A stretch of 64,000 bases of DNA from Paraspadella gotoi (lineage: Eukaryota > Animalia > Chaetognatha). A program made the translations under genes and the position numbers. The notes beneath the pieces were generated by a model. It had not been told where the DNA came from. It made no database searches and saw only the letters and a program-made list of their open reading frames with translations. Shown in pieces: positions 25,001 to 39,149 of this stretch. The stretch is from contig CM119267.1 in NCBI GenBank assembly GCA_051294375.1, positions 14,687,694 to 14,751,693 on the forward strand. Direction: 5' to 3'. Within the stretch, counting starts at the first letter, position 1, and the number at the start of each line of letters is the position of its first letter.

Positions 25001-28000
25001 ACTGCTGAATGTTTTAAGTTGAATAGCCTTCAACTGCGTGCCCTATTAGAAAATTACTCGCCCACTCCGGCCCTTGGGGAGAACTGGTTGCCACAAGAAG
25101 TTATTGAGCATGTGGTTAACATCGCGCAAAGCACTGCCGATGAGCTTTTTGCTTCTGAGGGTCGACCTTTAAGGCGTGAAGAAGATCCAGATCTTCAGCT
25201 TCCTTTTCTCTTGCCCGAGGATGGATATTCTGGAGATATTTTACGTGGTGTCCCAAATGGCTTTAAAGAATTTTTGGACCCAATGATAACTACTGGTCTA
25301 GTTCGACTCACTATGCACCCTAACGCTTCGGGGCTATGGACTGTTCACATGATTGGACATCCTATTCCTCCAGAGGCCACTCCTTTCCCTGGAGTGACTT
25401 CTACTAATTCGATCATGGTCCCTCCCGGAAATCCTGATGTAACAACTGTTACCTTTAAGAAGACCAAAGGAATGGGCCTGTCAATTGTGGCAGCTAAAGG
25501 AGTTGGCCAAGACCGTTTAGGAATTTATATTAAATCTGTGGTCAAAGGTGGTGCCGCGCATCTTGATGGAAGACTTCAAGCGGGTGACCAACTTCTTGCA
25601 GTGGATGGCCACAGCCTTATTGGCGTTTCACAAGAGAGGGCTGCGGAGTTAATGACTCAAACAGGGCAAATGGTTACTCTTGATGTTGCCAAAGGAGGTG
25701 CCATATACCATGGTCTTGCAGCACTTCTCAGTCAGCCTTCTCCTGTGTCAGGAGGTCCACATATCGGAGTCAGTAATGCTGGATCCACCTATCCGACTTC
25801 TCCAATGCAGCAACAGCCTCAAGATAATGTGAATTTGGGGGGAAACGGGGGTCCTCGCAGAATGGTTCCAGGGCTAACAATGGATAGACTGAGGCCAAAA
25901 AGTGAGATGTTACCTAGTGGCTCCCAAACTGAAAATGGGAATCCGCATTATGCTACTCTTGGAAGAAATCATGGTAATCAATCAAACGGTCCTGGAATGG
26001 CGAATTCAATGTCAGTTGCCGCATTACATACTAATGCCCCTATGTCAAACAACCAAATGAGATCCAAATCTACCAGCAACTTGACGCCTTCTGGGTTGCC
26101 CAGCCATTTATATCCGGGCCATCCAGGATCTTTAAGACCTGAAAGTGAAGGAGAGGAGGACCCTAAAGCTTTACAACCTCCACCTGATATTTTGCCGGAC
26201 CATTCTCAGGTCAACAATGAAGCAAATAAGAACCATCTTAGTTATCCACCCTCTACTATTTTAAATAACCTGTCAAATCAATTGCCTATTTACACAGAGG
26301 AAAGTCAATCTAAATCTCAGATTGAACCAGCATTACAGTTGCAGGACCCCCCTCTGCGTAATCCTTATGCAACTTATCATGCTCAACCTGTTCAAACTAT
26401 GCCTGATCAGCCTGCAGGTCGAGTTGCTCCATATGGTGCACCATCATCTCCCTACAATAGTTCCCCACCCCAGTCTCCAAATATGCCTCCCTCATCCTAT
26501 CGTGGTCCAGCACCTCCCACGCCTACAAGAAATCCTCAAACCGGCCTGGGTTATGTTAATCCTCACCCGCCTCTTCAAAGACACAATAATTCAACTTCAT
26601 CGCCTTATCACCCACCTGAGACGCAGCCTGAATTCCCAAATACTTCTCTGCCACCTACTCCATCACAGGCTCCACCACCATCTAACATCAATGTCAACTC
26701 TGGTTCAACACCATCAAAAAATAAGCAGAAATTAACTTTCGAAGAAGAGCGGAAGAAGTGGTTGAGGGACGAGATTGATCATCTTGAATCACTTGACGGC
26801 AAGAGTGAGGACCAGGAAAACAAATTAAAATTTTTAAAGTTAGAAGAAGAATTTCAGAAACGACTTGATCAAGTCAAGATTCAGGAAAATGAATCGGATG
26901 ATGATGATGAGGATAGCGAGTCTGAAAACAAAATAAAAATGGAATCTCAAGTCCGGCAGCAAATGTTGCGTGCAATGAATGAGATCAAAGAACAACAGCA
27001 GCAGCAACAAAAACCCCAACAAAATATGTACTCCCCACCACAACACTTTCCTCATCGATATATGGGAACTTCCCCGACTTTATCGCCTAGTCAGTCTCCA
27101 AGAAATTCGTTATACGCTCCTGGAAGGAATGCCCCTGGAGCTATAAAATTAGGAGGGCTCTTACCACCGCCTAGCCAGACTGCTCTTCTTAGTTCCGACA
27201 ATCCAATGGAGCCAGTTACGCCACCGGAAGAACCTCTGCCAACTACGTCGCAAATCAATGCCCTGTCAAAAAAAGTAGAAGAAAATCTGAGACTTGATCG
27301 AGAGGAAATCGAAAAGGAGGAAAGGAGAAAAGAAAGAGAAAGAATCTCCGCGGAAAGGGAAATGGAGGATCAAAGAAAAAGAGCCGAAGAGGAGAGGGCT
27401 TGGATGGAAGAGGAAAGGAAAGAGAAAGAGAGACGCTGGGAAGAGGAGCAAAGGCTTTTTGAGGAAGAAGAAAGGAGAATCAAAGAGGAGGAGGACAGAC
27501 AGTTGTTCGAAGAACGCCTCAGAGAACAAGAAGCGGCTCGGCAGAAAGCCTTTGAAGAGGCCTATATAACCCAAGCCCACTCGCATCAGCCGGATCCTTT
27601 GGGTATCGAGGATCAAGAAATTCTTCCGCCACCGCCACCCGAAATTTTACACGGCAACGTTTCGCCGAACAACTCGTGGACACCTGGCCTTCCGCCGCCG
27701 GATAACTTTGGCGTTTTCTCGCCAGTCGACCAAAAACCGGATGACTACTCTCATCCCCCTCCGCCTCCTCCACCTGTGGAGGAACATATTTTTTACCCTC
27801 CCAGTTCAAGGGCGCTACCGCCGGCGGTTGCTCCAAAGCCATCACTAGCGCCAAAGCGAGTCTCCTTTGCGGGGCCGCCTCCGCCGCCACCACCAAAACC
27901 GTCGATTGGCCGTCCTGTATCGATGCCGCACTCTCCCGCCGAGGAGTTGGTACCTCCGCAGGCGCCAATGTTTAAGGCAAACGATGCGCAGACGGCCAAG

Positions 28001-28288
28001 ATCGGCGCCTCCCCTCCACCTCTGCTTACCACTGCAGTTGGCAACAATCCTCGAGTCGTGGGTGCACAGGAAGTATACCGGGACCCGAGGGAGAAGCTCC
28101 TCGGTCAAAAAGCCAGTGCCAACGCGGACCAGAACAAACTCGGAGGAGACGATCCTGAGAAACTCACCTTTAAGGAAAAAATGAAACGGTTCGCTTTGGA
28201 AGCGGGAGAGGCACAAACGCCTCCTCACAAAGCGAAAGCCTCCACGGCCCAACGAAAATTGGAACATCTCGGATCGCCCCTGAACTAA
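22017..28288 (+). CDS. AFDN: Afadin/Canoe (RA-RA-FHA-DIL-PDZ)
   Basis: Exon 1 at 22017-22190 (WNANRLDLFEITEP...MRFYFQ), exon 2 at 22349-28288 (5.9 kb). RA, FHA (IQPRHCVIAH), Dilute (LTIQLFSQLFHYIN) and PDZ (GMGLSIVAAKG) domains, and C-terminal VVGAQEVYRDPR and EKLTFKEK motifs. Confidence 0.96.
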
Positions 28289-29749
28289 GAAATTTTTTTT
28301 CTTTAACTTGGAATTTTTTGCACGCCGTAGAATCTGTTTAGCCGCACCGAAATTGTAACAATTTCTGGAAAAAAATGTTCATTTTTTCGTTGACTGTATT
28401 TATGGGTTTTCAACGTAGGAGCTTTTTTTGATATGCCCAAAGAAAATTCTTTAGTACATGGTAACGCTTTCCTAGTCCTCCAGGAATCAACTAAGGCACA
28501 TATTACTCAGCGTTCGTTGGGATAACCCTCTTTTTTTTATATGAATTTTGCATATCTCGAATGCTAGCTATCCAACACCATGAGCCTTACAACATCTTAT
28601 CTATTGTAAAGTTCTGTTATTGCGTTTCACAACTTTTTACTTATTACTTAATGTTTAAGTAAAGTCTCTTTGTGCCTTTTTACTTAGCTGCTACATTCGG
28701 GAATCAATTCTCGCTTTAAAAAACCGAACTAATTTCTGAGTCCATTTTATCTATTTTTTCCGTCTTTTTTTTCTTCTATATACGTACTTAAATAATTGTA
28801 AGTTGATCGAAATCTCGGTATATTTATGTCCGTGTTTTTTTTTTTTTAAATAATTGTTTCTCGGAAAGCAGCTTCGTAAATTTTATAAACCCTTTAATTA
28901 GTCGCTCGTAGGACACTTTAGACTAAAGCAAACAAATTACAGTAGACCCAAGTGCCTTTTTCTATTCACATTATTTTTAGATTTTTGTGTGGCTACTGCT
29001 AAGATGTACCTTTGTGTTTTGTCAATTTGTGGCCATAAAAAACATGAAGCGTGAGCGAGCAAAATCCTAAATTTTCCAGTTACAAAGCATACATATCGTA
29101 TGAGTTTTAAAAAATAAGATAAAATATTTTAATGTTTTTAGTACTTGTAAATTTTTGGAATTTGTTTTGTCACGTAAATGCCACTACTATTTTCTAGTCC
29201 TTGTATATGCTTTGAAATCGACGAAAAGCGAAAAACCATGCATTTGAAATATAAAAAAAAAATTTAGTGGAAGGTACCTTTAAGGATATTGTCTTACCTT
29301 ACTCAAAAAAGTAAAGTTATTTGTCACTTTTTTTTATTAGTGATGTCCTTCCACTGTTGAAATACGTACGTAACTACAGTAATAATACGTCGAGAAATCG
29401 TTTACTCACTGTTGCTACGTTATGTCATTTATATGTATATCTAAACTAAATAAGCTCTAGACTTAATAGCTCAATTTTTCGCTGCGTTCATACTATATTC
29501 TTTGGCAATTTCGTTTTCAGGTCCGAAACAAAAGTAAAAAAAACCGTAATAAGGCCTTAAATCGGAATCTATTAAAAAATGCAATGAACAACGTTATTCG
29601 CTAACGAGCGAATGCGCACTAAAACGTCTCACGCGACGTTTTATGCTCATTTTTTAATCATCTGTCTAATGTTTCCGCGTTTGTTGCTCTCGAACGTCCT
29701 TTCGTGGCCTTAAACACTTTAAGCCTCTACTCCTCCCGCATCTACCAAA

Positions 29750-32700
29750 ATGTCTGACTCTAGAAAGCGTCACGAGATTTTGTCCCGTCGTCCATCTTAC
29801 CGCAAAATCTTGGACGAATTACAAGGGAGCAAAATCGGAGATCCAGCGATTCTTCCCAAAGTACGTTGCCAAACGAATGTATCAGGAAGTGGCTAGGGTC
29901 TTCATATTTTGAAATATTAACCGATTTTTCCTGATGTATATAGGTCGAGGAAGAAGGTGGGTCGGCGCCGGACGGAGACTACGCCCGATCGGGACTACAC
30001 CTTCACACCCATGCGCCTCCCGGCCAAGCAATTCTTATCCCTGTCACGTCGTCGTCCTCCAACTCCTCCGGCCCCCAACTTCTCCAACTCCCTCCTTCTG
30101 GGAACTCTTTGCCGGGAATGGTCAACGCTCCAGGATCAGCATCTGAAGACGACGACGGCTCATCCACTCACTCATCCGGCCACCACAGCCTTTCGCATCC
30201 CAGCGCTCTCACGCCCAATTCACATCAAGGTTACTTGAAAATGAAAACTGAAAACTTAAAAAGATAGATGCTCTACTGAACTACTACTGTAATGTATTTT
30301 TTTAAATTTGGCTTAATACAGTCCTCATTAATAAGTATACATTCTGAAAATATTATTATAGTAAAATAAGTAATTTTATGCTTCAATTTAAAACTATTAG
30401 AGTAGATTATATATACAGTAGTGATGTGAAAATGATAAAATTTTATAAAACATAGAAATAAAAAACAATAAAAATACTTTAGTAAATTTATTTTTTAATT
30501 TTATACTTTAGTGGGCACCAGTGTGCTATATTTATATTTAGTAATAAGTATATAATAGGCTAAAATTTCTAATTTTTAAATTTTAAGATCGGATTTGGAT
30601 TCCTTTCAAAAAGTTGATATAAGAAAGTATAATTCTTTTTTAAAACTTCTTTCATTAAGTTGGTTAAAAATATAAACAAGTTTGAGCAAACAATGTCGGA
30701 TCTGTCCACGATCATTATCGGTAATTAAATAATTAATTAATTAATTCAAATTAATTAATTAATTAGTCAATTAATTAATTAACTTTATCCGAAATGTTTG
30801 TTTTGACTGATTAATAATTGATTAATTAATTGACTAATTGATTAATTAACAGATTTATTCATCTTGCTTTTACATTTAATATAAAAAGAAAAAGAAGCAT
30901 CATAATCAATTAGTGAAACAGGTTTTTTGTTTTTTTCCATTTAAACTCATTTTCTCTCATAATCACACACTTTCCTACCTACATAAAAAATTTCAGGTCA
31001 ATTGCCCCATCCACTCATGAGTAATTGGTGTTCAAATAATGTAATATATATATTTTTTTCATTTAAACTCATTTTCACTCGGACGATTCTATCGAAACTT
31101 CATATCCAGCTCAATCACATACTTCCCTAACCACATACAAAATTTCATTCCAATCCATCCGTCCAATCACGAGTAATTGGTGTTTTTTGTTAATGTGTGA
31201 CGGATGGACGGACGGATGAACATCGTTTTTTTTTCATAATTTATCATAATTCAATGTTCTGACATGATATAAGTGAATGCCCGACAAGATTGGGGGGGTG
31301 GACTGACGGACCGACAAAGTGAATTATAGAGTCGGGATCTACTGATAAGCAGATCCGACTAAAAACTATATTTAAGATACCGATTTTCAATTTCCAGGTT
31401 AAAAATAGTTTTTTTTTTAATTTTAACCTACTTAATGACATAATTTTTAAAAAAGATTTATATTTTCTCTTATCAACTTTTGACGAGAAATCTGAATCTG
31501 TTCTCAGAATTAAAAAAAAAAAGAAATTATATAAGGGTAGTACTATATACAAAATAATAATGACTACAGATTAGTATTCACTAATATGATAGTTTTCAAA
31601 ATTTAACTGCTAAATTTTGATTCCAAATTTTCACTTCATCCTAATATACAGGGTTCGGAAGCAAAGCTTATAAAAAATATTCTTATCTTTACAAATAAAC
31701 GTTTGAAGAGTACCAATAAAATTTATATCAAATATAAACCAAACGTAGAGAAGTCTTATTCTCGATGTACACCGCATTCCGAGCGTTTATGGCCTCTTCA
31801 GGAGGGGGGAACGTACACACATCTTTTACACATTTCTTATTAATATCGGAATTATAAATCAAAAGTCGTTCAACTACCATAAATGATATCTTAAGAAGTT
31901 AATGAATTTTCCTCCATATTTTTAAACTTTTTTTTTAACATTTGAAACTTTTCCAACAACCTCAGAGGGCATCAATAAAAATCAGCATACATGAAATTTT
32001 TTTTTGCCAAAAAAGGGAAGTTTTTCCGGAAATTTAGGCCATTTGTCTCACTGTGCCTACATTGAGTTCATAAAAAGTCTGACAACGAACAGGATAAGGG
32101 TGAAAAGTCGAATGACTACAAATAAAAAACTTACTCATTACTAAAATACTGTAGCTGCATTACAGTATGAGGCAGTTAAAAATCTCTTGCCATTTAAATA
32201 GAATTATAAGTTTTGATTCCGGACCCTAGAATTTTTTAAATTGTTAATGTCATGATTTTCAGGTTTCAGGTTTCAGGTTATAGGAAGTTTTTAATAAAGA
32301 ATATAGGAAGATATTAATGTAATAATAGTTTTCATCTCTTCGTATTTTGAAGATATTGCCGTAACATGCGGGGTAAAATCATTAATATATATTATATAAT
32401 ATATATATATATTTATTATTTCGCATTTTAAGTAAAAGTTCAATCGAGATATCTTCCGTTTACAACACGTTCCTTTAATCCTTTAATTAAACTGTTTTCA
32501 GGCCCCACACTAGTCCATTATGGAGGTGGAGATGGGCAGTTTTACGTACCGGTTTCGGATTTGCAGAACCTCACCAATTACCATCCCCTCTCCGCCCCGC
32601 GACCTGCCCCTGGTAGCCAGCTCCCAGGATCCGTCGTCATGGCAGCAACCTCTAACCTTCTTGATTCAAGCAGGCTATCGGAGGTCCGTAATTCTTTTAA

Positions 32701-32962
32701 TATTTAGTTATTAAATTCATTTAATATTTGTCACTAATTTATCTCGTAAAAATTTGATTTGTGCGTCTTAAAATAGGAATCGACGCGAAAACGTGAGCTT
32801 CGATTATTAAAGAATCGAGAAGCAGCGAGAGAGTGTCGTCGTAAGAAGAAAGACTACGTAAAATGTTTGGAAAACCGCGTCGCCGTCCTAGAGAATCAGA
32901 ACAAAGCCCTAATCGAGGAGTTAAAATCACTCAAGGACCTGTATTGCAATAAGCAAGAGTGA
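29750..32962 (+). CDS. CREB1: cAMP-responsive element-binding protein (CREB/CREM/ATF1 family), about 254 aa, missed by the ORF track
   Basis: Exons 29750-29860, 29944-30229, 32502-32683, 32777-32962. KID motif EILSRRPSYRKILDEL, GQFYVP, and bZIP RKRELRLLKNREAARECRRKKKDYVKCLENRVAVLENQNKALIEELKSLKDLYC. Confidence 0.93.
30675..31345 (-). mobile_element. DINE-1/HINE-like family B, copy 3, in CREB intron 2
   Basis: AACAAGTTTGAGCAAACAATGTCGGATCTG...GGACGGACGG...CAGATCCGACTAAAAA. Colinear with 11065-11692. Confidence 0.75.
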
Positions 32963-33969
32963 ATAGTCCAAATACATACTGGAATTTCACGGTCTTCGTT
33001 TCTTATCTTTGATCATTCTGTCCTCGTTTTTCATATCCCATTCACCGTCTGCTTTACCACTTCCCCTGGTTACGGTTACCATACTGTCATCACCAACTTC
33101 TACAAAAAGAATGTATTTTGTTCTAACTTTTCTCTCCTTGTAATTTCGAGCTATATTTCTTGGCGGTATCACGTTTTAGGGTATGCCAAATAAATGCTAA
33201 GTCACTGAGACGTAGCGATTAGCTTATAGCGTAATAATTCGTTTTGTTTTGCCGGTTAGTTATAAAATAGTTTTGAATCCTATTTCACGTGAAATAGGGA
33301 TATATGTTGTGTGAATTGTGATAGGAAAGCCTCTACAATGAAACTGCTACACCCTAGTCCTATTGTTGACTGTTACATTGTTGATGTTATTTAGGAATGT
33401 ATATTTTCTGGAATCTTTTTAACTTTTTTCTTCCCTGGACACACATTTTTAAATGTCAAACTTATATTTAATTTTTTTTTACAATACAATATACCTAAGT
33501 TAAATATAATAACTATCGATGAGAAATTAGCATAATCAATGAAACATCTCCTTTATTTCCTTTAAGGCCAAATACTAAAGAGTATACATCCTTATTTCGT
33601 TTTTTAGTTGCTGCGTAAAATATTTAATATAAATATGTAAAAAAATATTGAAATATTTAAAATATTTAAATATAAATATTTAAAATACGTAAAATAATTT
33701 TAAAAAGTCATCATACAAAATTGTTTTGCTGGTTTTTTCCGGCAGCGTATATTTATCGGCTAGTAAAAGTAGGGAATGTTATATTAATTTTAATTCTTAT
33801 TCCGTGTACGACTGTACGTACCACGATAAACTTTTTTCAGGTCCCAAGAACATGAAGATTTAAGAGGTTTGAAAAAAAGTCAAACTTTAGGAATGGAACG
33901 GAATTTTTTTTTTTTAGATTATCTTATCAGTTTTTATTTTATCGTTTCTCACATTTTTAAATATATATA

Positions 33970-34459
33970 CAGACCTGTGCAAAAAAAAGACGATACTCTT
34001 CAAACTTAAGTTACTTACGCACATATTATAAAAATTTATGAATGAAAAATGTAGATTTTGAAATGAGAAATCCATGCGTGTCAGTTAAAAGAAAATTGGT
34101 TCAAGAATTCAAGAGCTATAGCTCCCGAAAGTCAAGTGGTCAAAAACATTCGTCATTTGAGTCACTACAATAAACCATTTTTGAAGATCTGCCAAAAACC
34201 GAAGATACTTTGTAGCCATTGTATTTATTTTTTCTAAAAAATTGTGAATGGGAAATAAGGTCCAGTCATTCCAGAGCTTCAGCACCTTAAACATAAGAGG
34301 TTAAAAGTACTTTTTTTTCTGCTCTGACATTCTATTAGAGTACTTAGTAGTTGTAACTTTGTTAGTTATTCACTTATAATATGTTTCATTTTAAAGGAAT
34401 CGAACTTGATTTATTTTCATAATGTTTTAGGGCGTCTTATTTTTTTTTGCACAGTACTA
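33970..34459. mobile_element. MITE with family D-like termini
   Basis: TA|CAGACCTGTGCAAAAAAAAGACG and CGTCTTATTTTTTTTTGCACAGTACTA|TA are imperfect TIRs resembling those of 6851-8983. Confidence 0.55.
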
Positions 34460-36532
34460 TATTTTATATATTTTTTAAATTTCTTTTTCTTCTACTACCT
34501 AGTGATGTTATATAAATGTAAAAATCAACTTTAAAACTTTAAAACTTTAAACTTTAAACTTTAAAATTCTGCCAAAATCATGACTGAAAAAGGTGGTAAA
34601 TTTTCTCTTCAGAATATTTTTCTCTTCAGCAAAAACACCGATTACTACGTGAAAACTATGTACACTAGTTTATTAATAAGTTGACGATTGAAAAAAAATG
34701 AATTAAAATCAGTTAATTTAAAAAATGGTAAAGAAATATTTTTCTTAAACAAGAAGTGTAAGATTAAAATACTATTTAAAATGTCGTTTTTTTCTTGAGA
34801 AACTTATAAATGTGAACTTTTTACATCCCGGCTCTCCGATATTTATTCAGTTTTATGTCCATTAAAACATAGACAAATTAAATAAATTTATCTATTCTTA
34901 TTTGTGTTCTCAACTGAATTAATAAATCGTTCTTATTGATAAAATAACTCTTTGCAAAGACGAAAGTAAAAAAAACATTTTTTTATAGTGTTAGCATCTA
35001 TACTGAAATTAAACCGCGAAAGTAGGTTTAATAAAACTTCCTAACTTTGAATTTTTTTTTCCTAAACCCTCTTTAAACTAGAAAAATGTGCCTTTTAAAA
35101 AATAGTTATTGATATCTTTCATAAGTTTAATAACAGTTATATACAATAAATATCTTGAACGAAAGAGCATCCCACCGATTATGTAAACGTGTGCTATTTC
35201 CGGTGTTTTTAATGGTATTTCTCATTCATTTACGACCGAAAGCCCAATATTTTTTAAAGCTTGTCTTTTTATTTACTTACTGTCCTTGGTGATTTGGTTC
35301 TTTTAAAGCTGGGTATTTCAGATGTGCAATTGAAAAAGATATAGTTCACTGTAATGCCCATCGCCCAAGTTATCTTTTAAGGGTTTTTGTAGTTTAGTCT
35401 TTAGGAGCAAAGCGCACTTTAGTGAAAGGCTTCCTCTGATAAAATGTTTTACCGGTTATAACGTTTGCTGGCAAACGAAAGACCGTTCATAGTTTATCTG
35501 TAGAATTTGGATGTGTTTCCTGATCTGAATAAAATTGTCAATTTGTGAGCTTACAATTAAATTCATAAGAATACATTTTGTTTGTTGTTCTTTCCGATCG
35601 CGCGTGTACTAAAAAATCTTTACGGTACTACCACGAAGGAAATAAAATTTGCGCGGTAACTTTCAGGCCATTTTTAGGGGCTTTGAATTTGATTAAAAAA
35701 TTATAAAGACATAAGTAAAATATTTAAAAACTGTCTCATATTCCATACAAATGTAATAGAATAATGTGAAAGAAAATTCGTATACAAAAACATTTTATTA
35801 TTTTTTAAAATTTATATATTTTAGAACATTTATTATTTTTTTAGTTAAATATTATTTAAATTTTAATAATAATTTTAATAATTAAAAGCTTTTTGCTTTT
35901 GGTTAGTTTCGTGTCCAATGATCACTACAAAAAATGCTCCAGGACTTTCGGGATAAATTTTAATAAATAAAATAAAAATAAAAATGTCACGTCTGGGATA
36001 AAAAAACATGCGCACAGAGAAAGAAATTAATATTCAAAAAGTTTTATACGCCTTTTCTAAGTAGAAGTATTGAATAACTTGATCCCACTGAGATTGAAAC
36101 TTTTTATTCAGTCTTAGGAAGTTCATACTCTTTATTAAGTGGAAAAACCATTTACTACTATTTATCGAAAGTATTTTGGGTAATAAAATTACCTAATTTG
36201 TTCATACCGCGCCCGTTTTTTTTCCTTCAACGTAGTTTACATACATTTTTTTTGTGTTTTACGTGAAGTTAAATAATTGAGTAATGTTCAGATTTTAAGT
36301 CTCAGCGGCAAGACCATGTGATTGTCTTGTTGCTGAGAATAAACAGAAATAAAACTTATATTATTTAGTATCTATGGAATCCTTTTTTGTAGAAAACAAC
36401 TGCAGTTAGAATTTAACGTCCGACCTAGCTGGTTATTATATATAAGCATTCCTGTACCTTTAACAGTGTTTAAACAATTGGAAACCCTATAAAGAGCTTT
36501 TATTTTCCAGATAGAATGACTTCAAATTGAAT

Positions 36533-37605
36533 ATGGCCGAAACGCTCAGTCACGTTCTGCGCCTCGGGAGTCCGCAGAAACTTTACGAATCGCGCGAGGA
36601 CCTTTACCGCATTTTCTTTTCGGAGAGCGAAGAAATAGAGCGTCTCATGGCGCTTGTCATGACCGCAACCGGTCTTGTTTGCGGATTGATCCTCCTTTTT
36701 ATGCCTGCCCCTTATGGGCGCCATGCCGCTAACAGCGGCCGCATCTGGGGACCACTCATTCCTTCTCGCTTGGCCTGGTTCGCCCAGGAATTTCCCGCGG
36801 TGTTAGTCCCCGTCTTCCTTATTTTGGTCCTAAACCGATATACCAGGTTTGAAGCGCCGACACTGTTATTCTTGTTGATAAGTTAATATGCTCATTTTTT
36901 TGCCCAACTATTGCTAATTGTTCATTACTTTAGCGTTCCGATTCCTTCTTTGTCGATGCCTAACGGAATTTTACTGGCTATGTTTATTTTGCATTATCTA
37001 CAAAGGAGCTTAGTGTACCCACTTTTGATGAAGCCTGGCAGTTATACTCCAATGGGTACTGCTTTTTTGGCGTTTCTTTTTTGCGCATATAATGGTTTCA
37101 TGCAAGCGTTGTCCCATATCTTTGCCGGTCAGCATCCGGAAGATTACTGTCTCGATGTTAGGTATGGAGAGAGGTATGGAGAATGGTATGGATAATTTTT
37201 TCGTAGTTCATTGATTTTTTTATGCTTGCGCAGAATTTCTCCGATTTCAATTTTCGAGGGGTCATTTCGTGCAGGTTTTTGCTTGGATCGCTTCTCTTCT
37301 TCGTCGGATTCGTTGTAAACCTCCAAAGCGACGCTATTCTTCGCCGATTGCGCCAACCTGGAGAAACGGGATACAAAATTCCACGCGGAGGAGCCTTCGA
37401 TTACGTCACGGCCGCCAATTACTTTGGGGAGACGTTGGAATGGTGCGGATACGCAGTAGCAGCAGCCAAGCCAGGTCCTTTGGCTTTTTTCGCTTTCACC
37501 GTTTTTAACTTGGGCCCGCGGGCATTGGCCCATCATGAATGGTATCAGAAAAAGTTTGAGGACTATCCCAAAGAGAGAAAAGCGTATATTCCCTACGTAC
37601 TTTAG
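36533..37605 (+). CDS. SRD5A1: 3-oxo-5-alpha-steroid 4-dehydrogenase (SRD5A1/2 family)
   Basis: Exons 36533-36846, 36934-37161, 37275-37605. Motifs APYGRH, LAWFAQEFPA, HYLQRSLVYP, GYKIPRGGAFDYVTAANYFGE, RALAHHEWY. Confidence 0.92.
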
Positions 37606-37973
37606 TACTACGTATTTAATATTTCTTGATTCTTTATTTAATTCGAGGAATGTTCGATCAATGAAACAATTATTTTTATCGTCGCAATCGCTAAGCGTTG
37701 TCTCATCAGGCGTTCCAAATTATAGATCGCCTTTTTTATGATTAAATTTGGTTTATAAAGCTGAAAATTTATATACAGCTTCTCATCATGATGTGCTTTA
37801 AATTGAGTCTGGACAGTTATTAAATATGTTTTGATTACGTTTTATCAAAACAAACAAATTTTCTCTCTTTTATTTTCATATTTCTCTCTCTTTCTCTTTT
37901 TTCTTTTAATTACATGTCTCTCTCCCTCTCTCTTTTCCCTATTCACTGATTCATAATCATAGGGAAAAAAAAC

Positions 37974-38120
37974 GAGTCTGCAGCCGGCTCTGCAGGGGCT
38001 TATTCTTTTTCTCTATTTTCTCCTGCTGCTTTTGCTGCTGCCTTTTGAGTCTGCAGCTGGCTCTGCAGGGGCTCTTTCTTTTTCTCTCTTTTCTCCTGCT
38101 GCTTCTGCTGCTGCCATTTG
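37974..38120. repeat. Two-copy tandem duplication, about 73-bp unit
   Basis: GAGTCTGCAGC(C/T)GGCTCTGCAGGGGCT...CTCCTGCTGCTT(T/C)TGCTGCTGCC starts at 37974 and 38047. The GCTCTGCAG block also occurs inside family A elements. Confidence 0.8.
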
Positions 38121-38365
38121 ATTTCTTTCTTCTCTCTCTCTCTCTGTCTCTCTGTGTTTTTATTTAAAAAATTGAATTGGGATTGAACTCATAAAATTAG
38201 GCATCGCATTCGTGCATGTTATCATTTTGCTATAGTAACATCGGGTTTTTATTTCACTTTAGTCTTTACTTCACTTCGTCAGTCTGATTCAAGTTTCACT
38301 TTGTCTTTTGTCTGGGAATGCTGACAGTGTTTAGAGAGGTCGCATTCGATCAAACTGCTTAAAGT

Positions 38366-38430
38366 AAACAAAAGTACCTTCAATAATGTTACTCCAGACT
38401 GGAGTAACATTATTGAAGGTACTTTTGTTT
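38366..38430. repeat. Perfect palindrome, 32-bp arms with a 1-nt spacer
   Basis: AAACAAAAGTACCTTCAATAATGTTACTCCAG-A-CTGGAGTAACATTATTGAAGGTACTTTTGTTT. Confidence 0.95.
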
Positions 38431-38619
38431 TACTTTAAGTCTTAGCACTTGTTAAAAATGAAACTCGAAATAAGTTATTTTACTGTTTTATATTTATTTT
38501 TTTGACAATGAAAAAGTTTTTTTTTTCTTTTTTTTTCTTTTTTTTTTCAGAAACTAGCTGTAAATTGACAATCGCAAAATAGAATTTTTCTTTCTGTTTA
38601 TAAATTAATTTTCTTTTTT

Positions 38620-38790
38620 TCGCCCTTTCTATTCTTTCTTTTCTTTCTATTCTTTATTTCCTTTCTATTATTTCTTTCCTTTCTTTTCTTTCCTTTCTAT
38701 TTTTTCTTTCCTTTCTATTCTTTCTTTCCTTTCTATTCTTTTTTTTCTATTCTTTCTTTCCTTTCTATTCTTTATTTATTCTTTCTTTCT
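38620..38790. repeat. Pyrimidine-rich degenerate tandem repeat (about 18 bp, TTCTTTCTTTCCTTTCTA)
   Basis: Repeated TTTCCTTTCTATT units are visible directly. Confidence 0.75.
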
Positions 38791-39149
38791 GTTTATAAAT
38801 TAATTTTTTTTTTCAAAATTGATTTTTATTAGTATCAAAATTTGTCGTCAATCCAGATTTTTCTTATGCAATTGCGACGATCCTTATGCTTTTAAGATTT
38901 TTCTTGATTGTTGCTCTTAATTTATTAGTTTCAAACGTTGTACTTAATGTACTTTGTTTCAATTTGTTACTAGGGAAAAAAATCACAAAAGTTTATCCGA
39001 GACCATGAGGCCATATTCTGTTATGGAAAAGAACATTGTTAGAAAAAAAGTTTCAGATTAAAATGTAAGTAAATCAGCAGGATAGAAAGCACAGCTACTT
39101 TTCTTTAGTTTGTTAGGTATTTCAGCTCTATTTAAACCCCTTCCGAACC

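Noticed and set aside
15347-28267. Numerous minus-strand and alternate-frame ORFs overlapping BET and afadin (likewise URB1, IVD and nanos)
   Set aside because: They are shadow ORFs of GC-rich coding sequence with no recognisable domains.
31770-31808. Minus-strand CTGAAGAGGCC... resembling another hammerhead
   Set aside because: Stem II does not pair well and the GAAA and NUH elements are not intact.
33000-36500. Hidden gene or RNA gene in the long AT-rich gap (likewise 19550-21990)
   Set aside because: I recognised no ORF, snRNA, SL RNA or tRNA motif by eye. An Rfam scan would be needed to exclude one.
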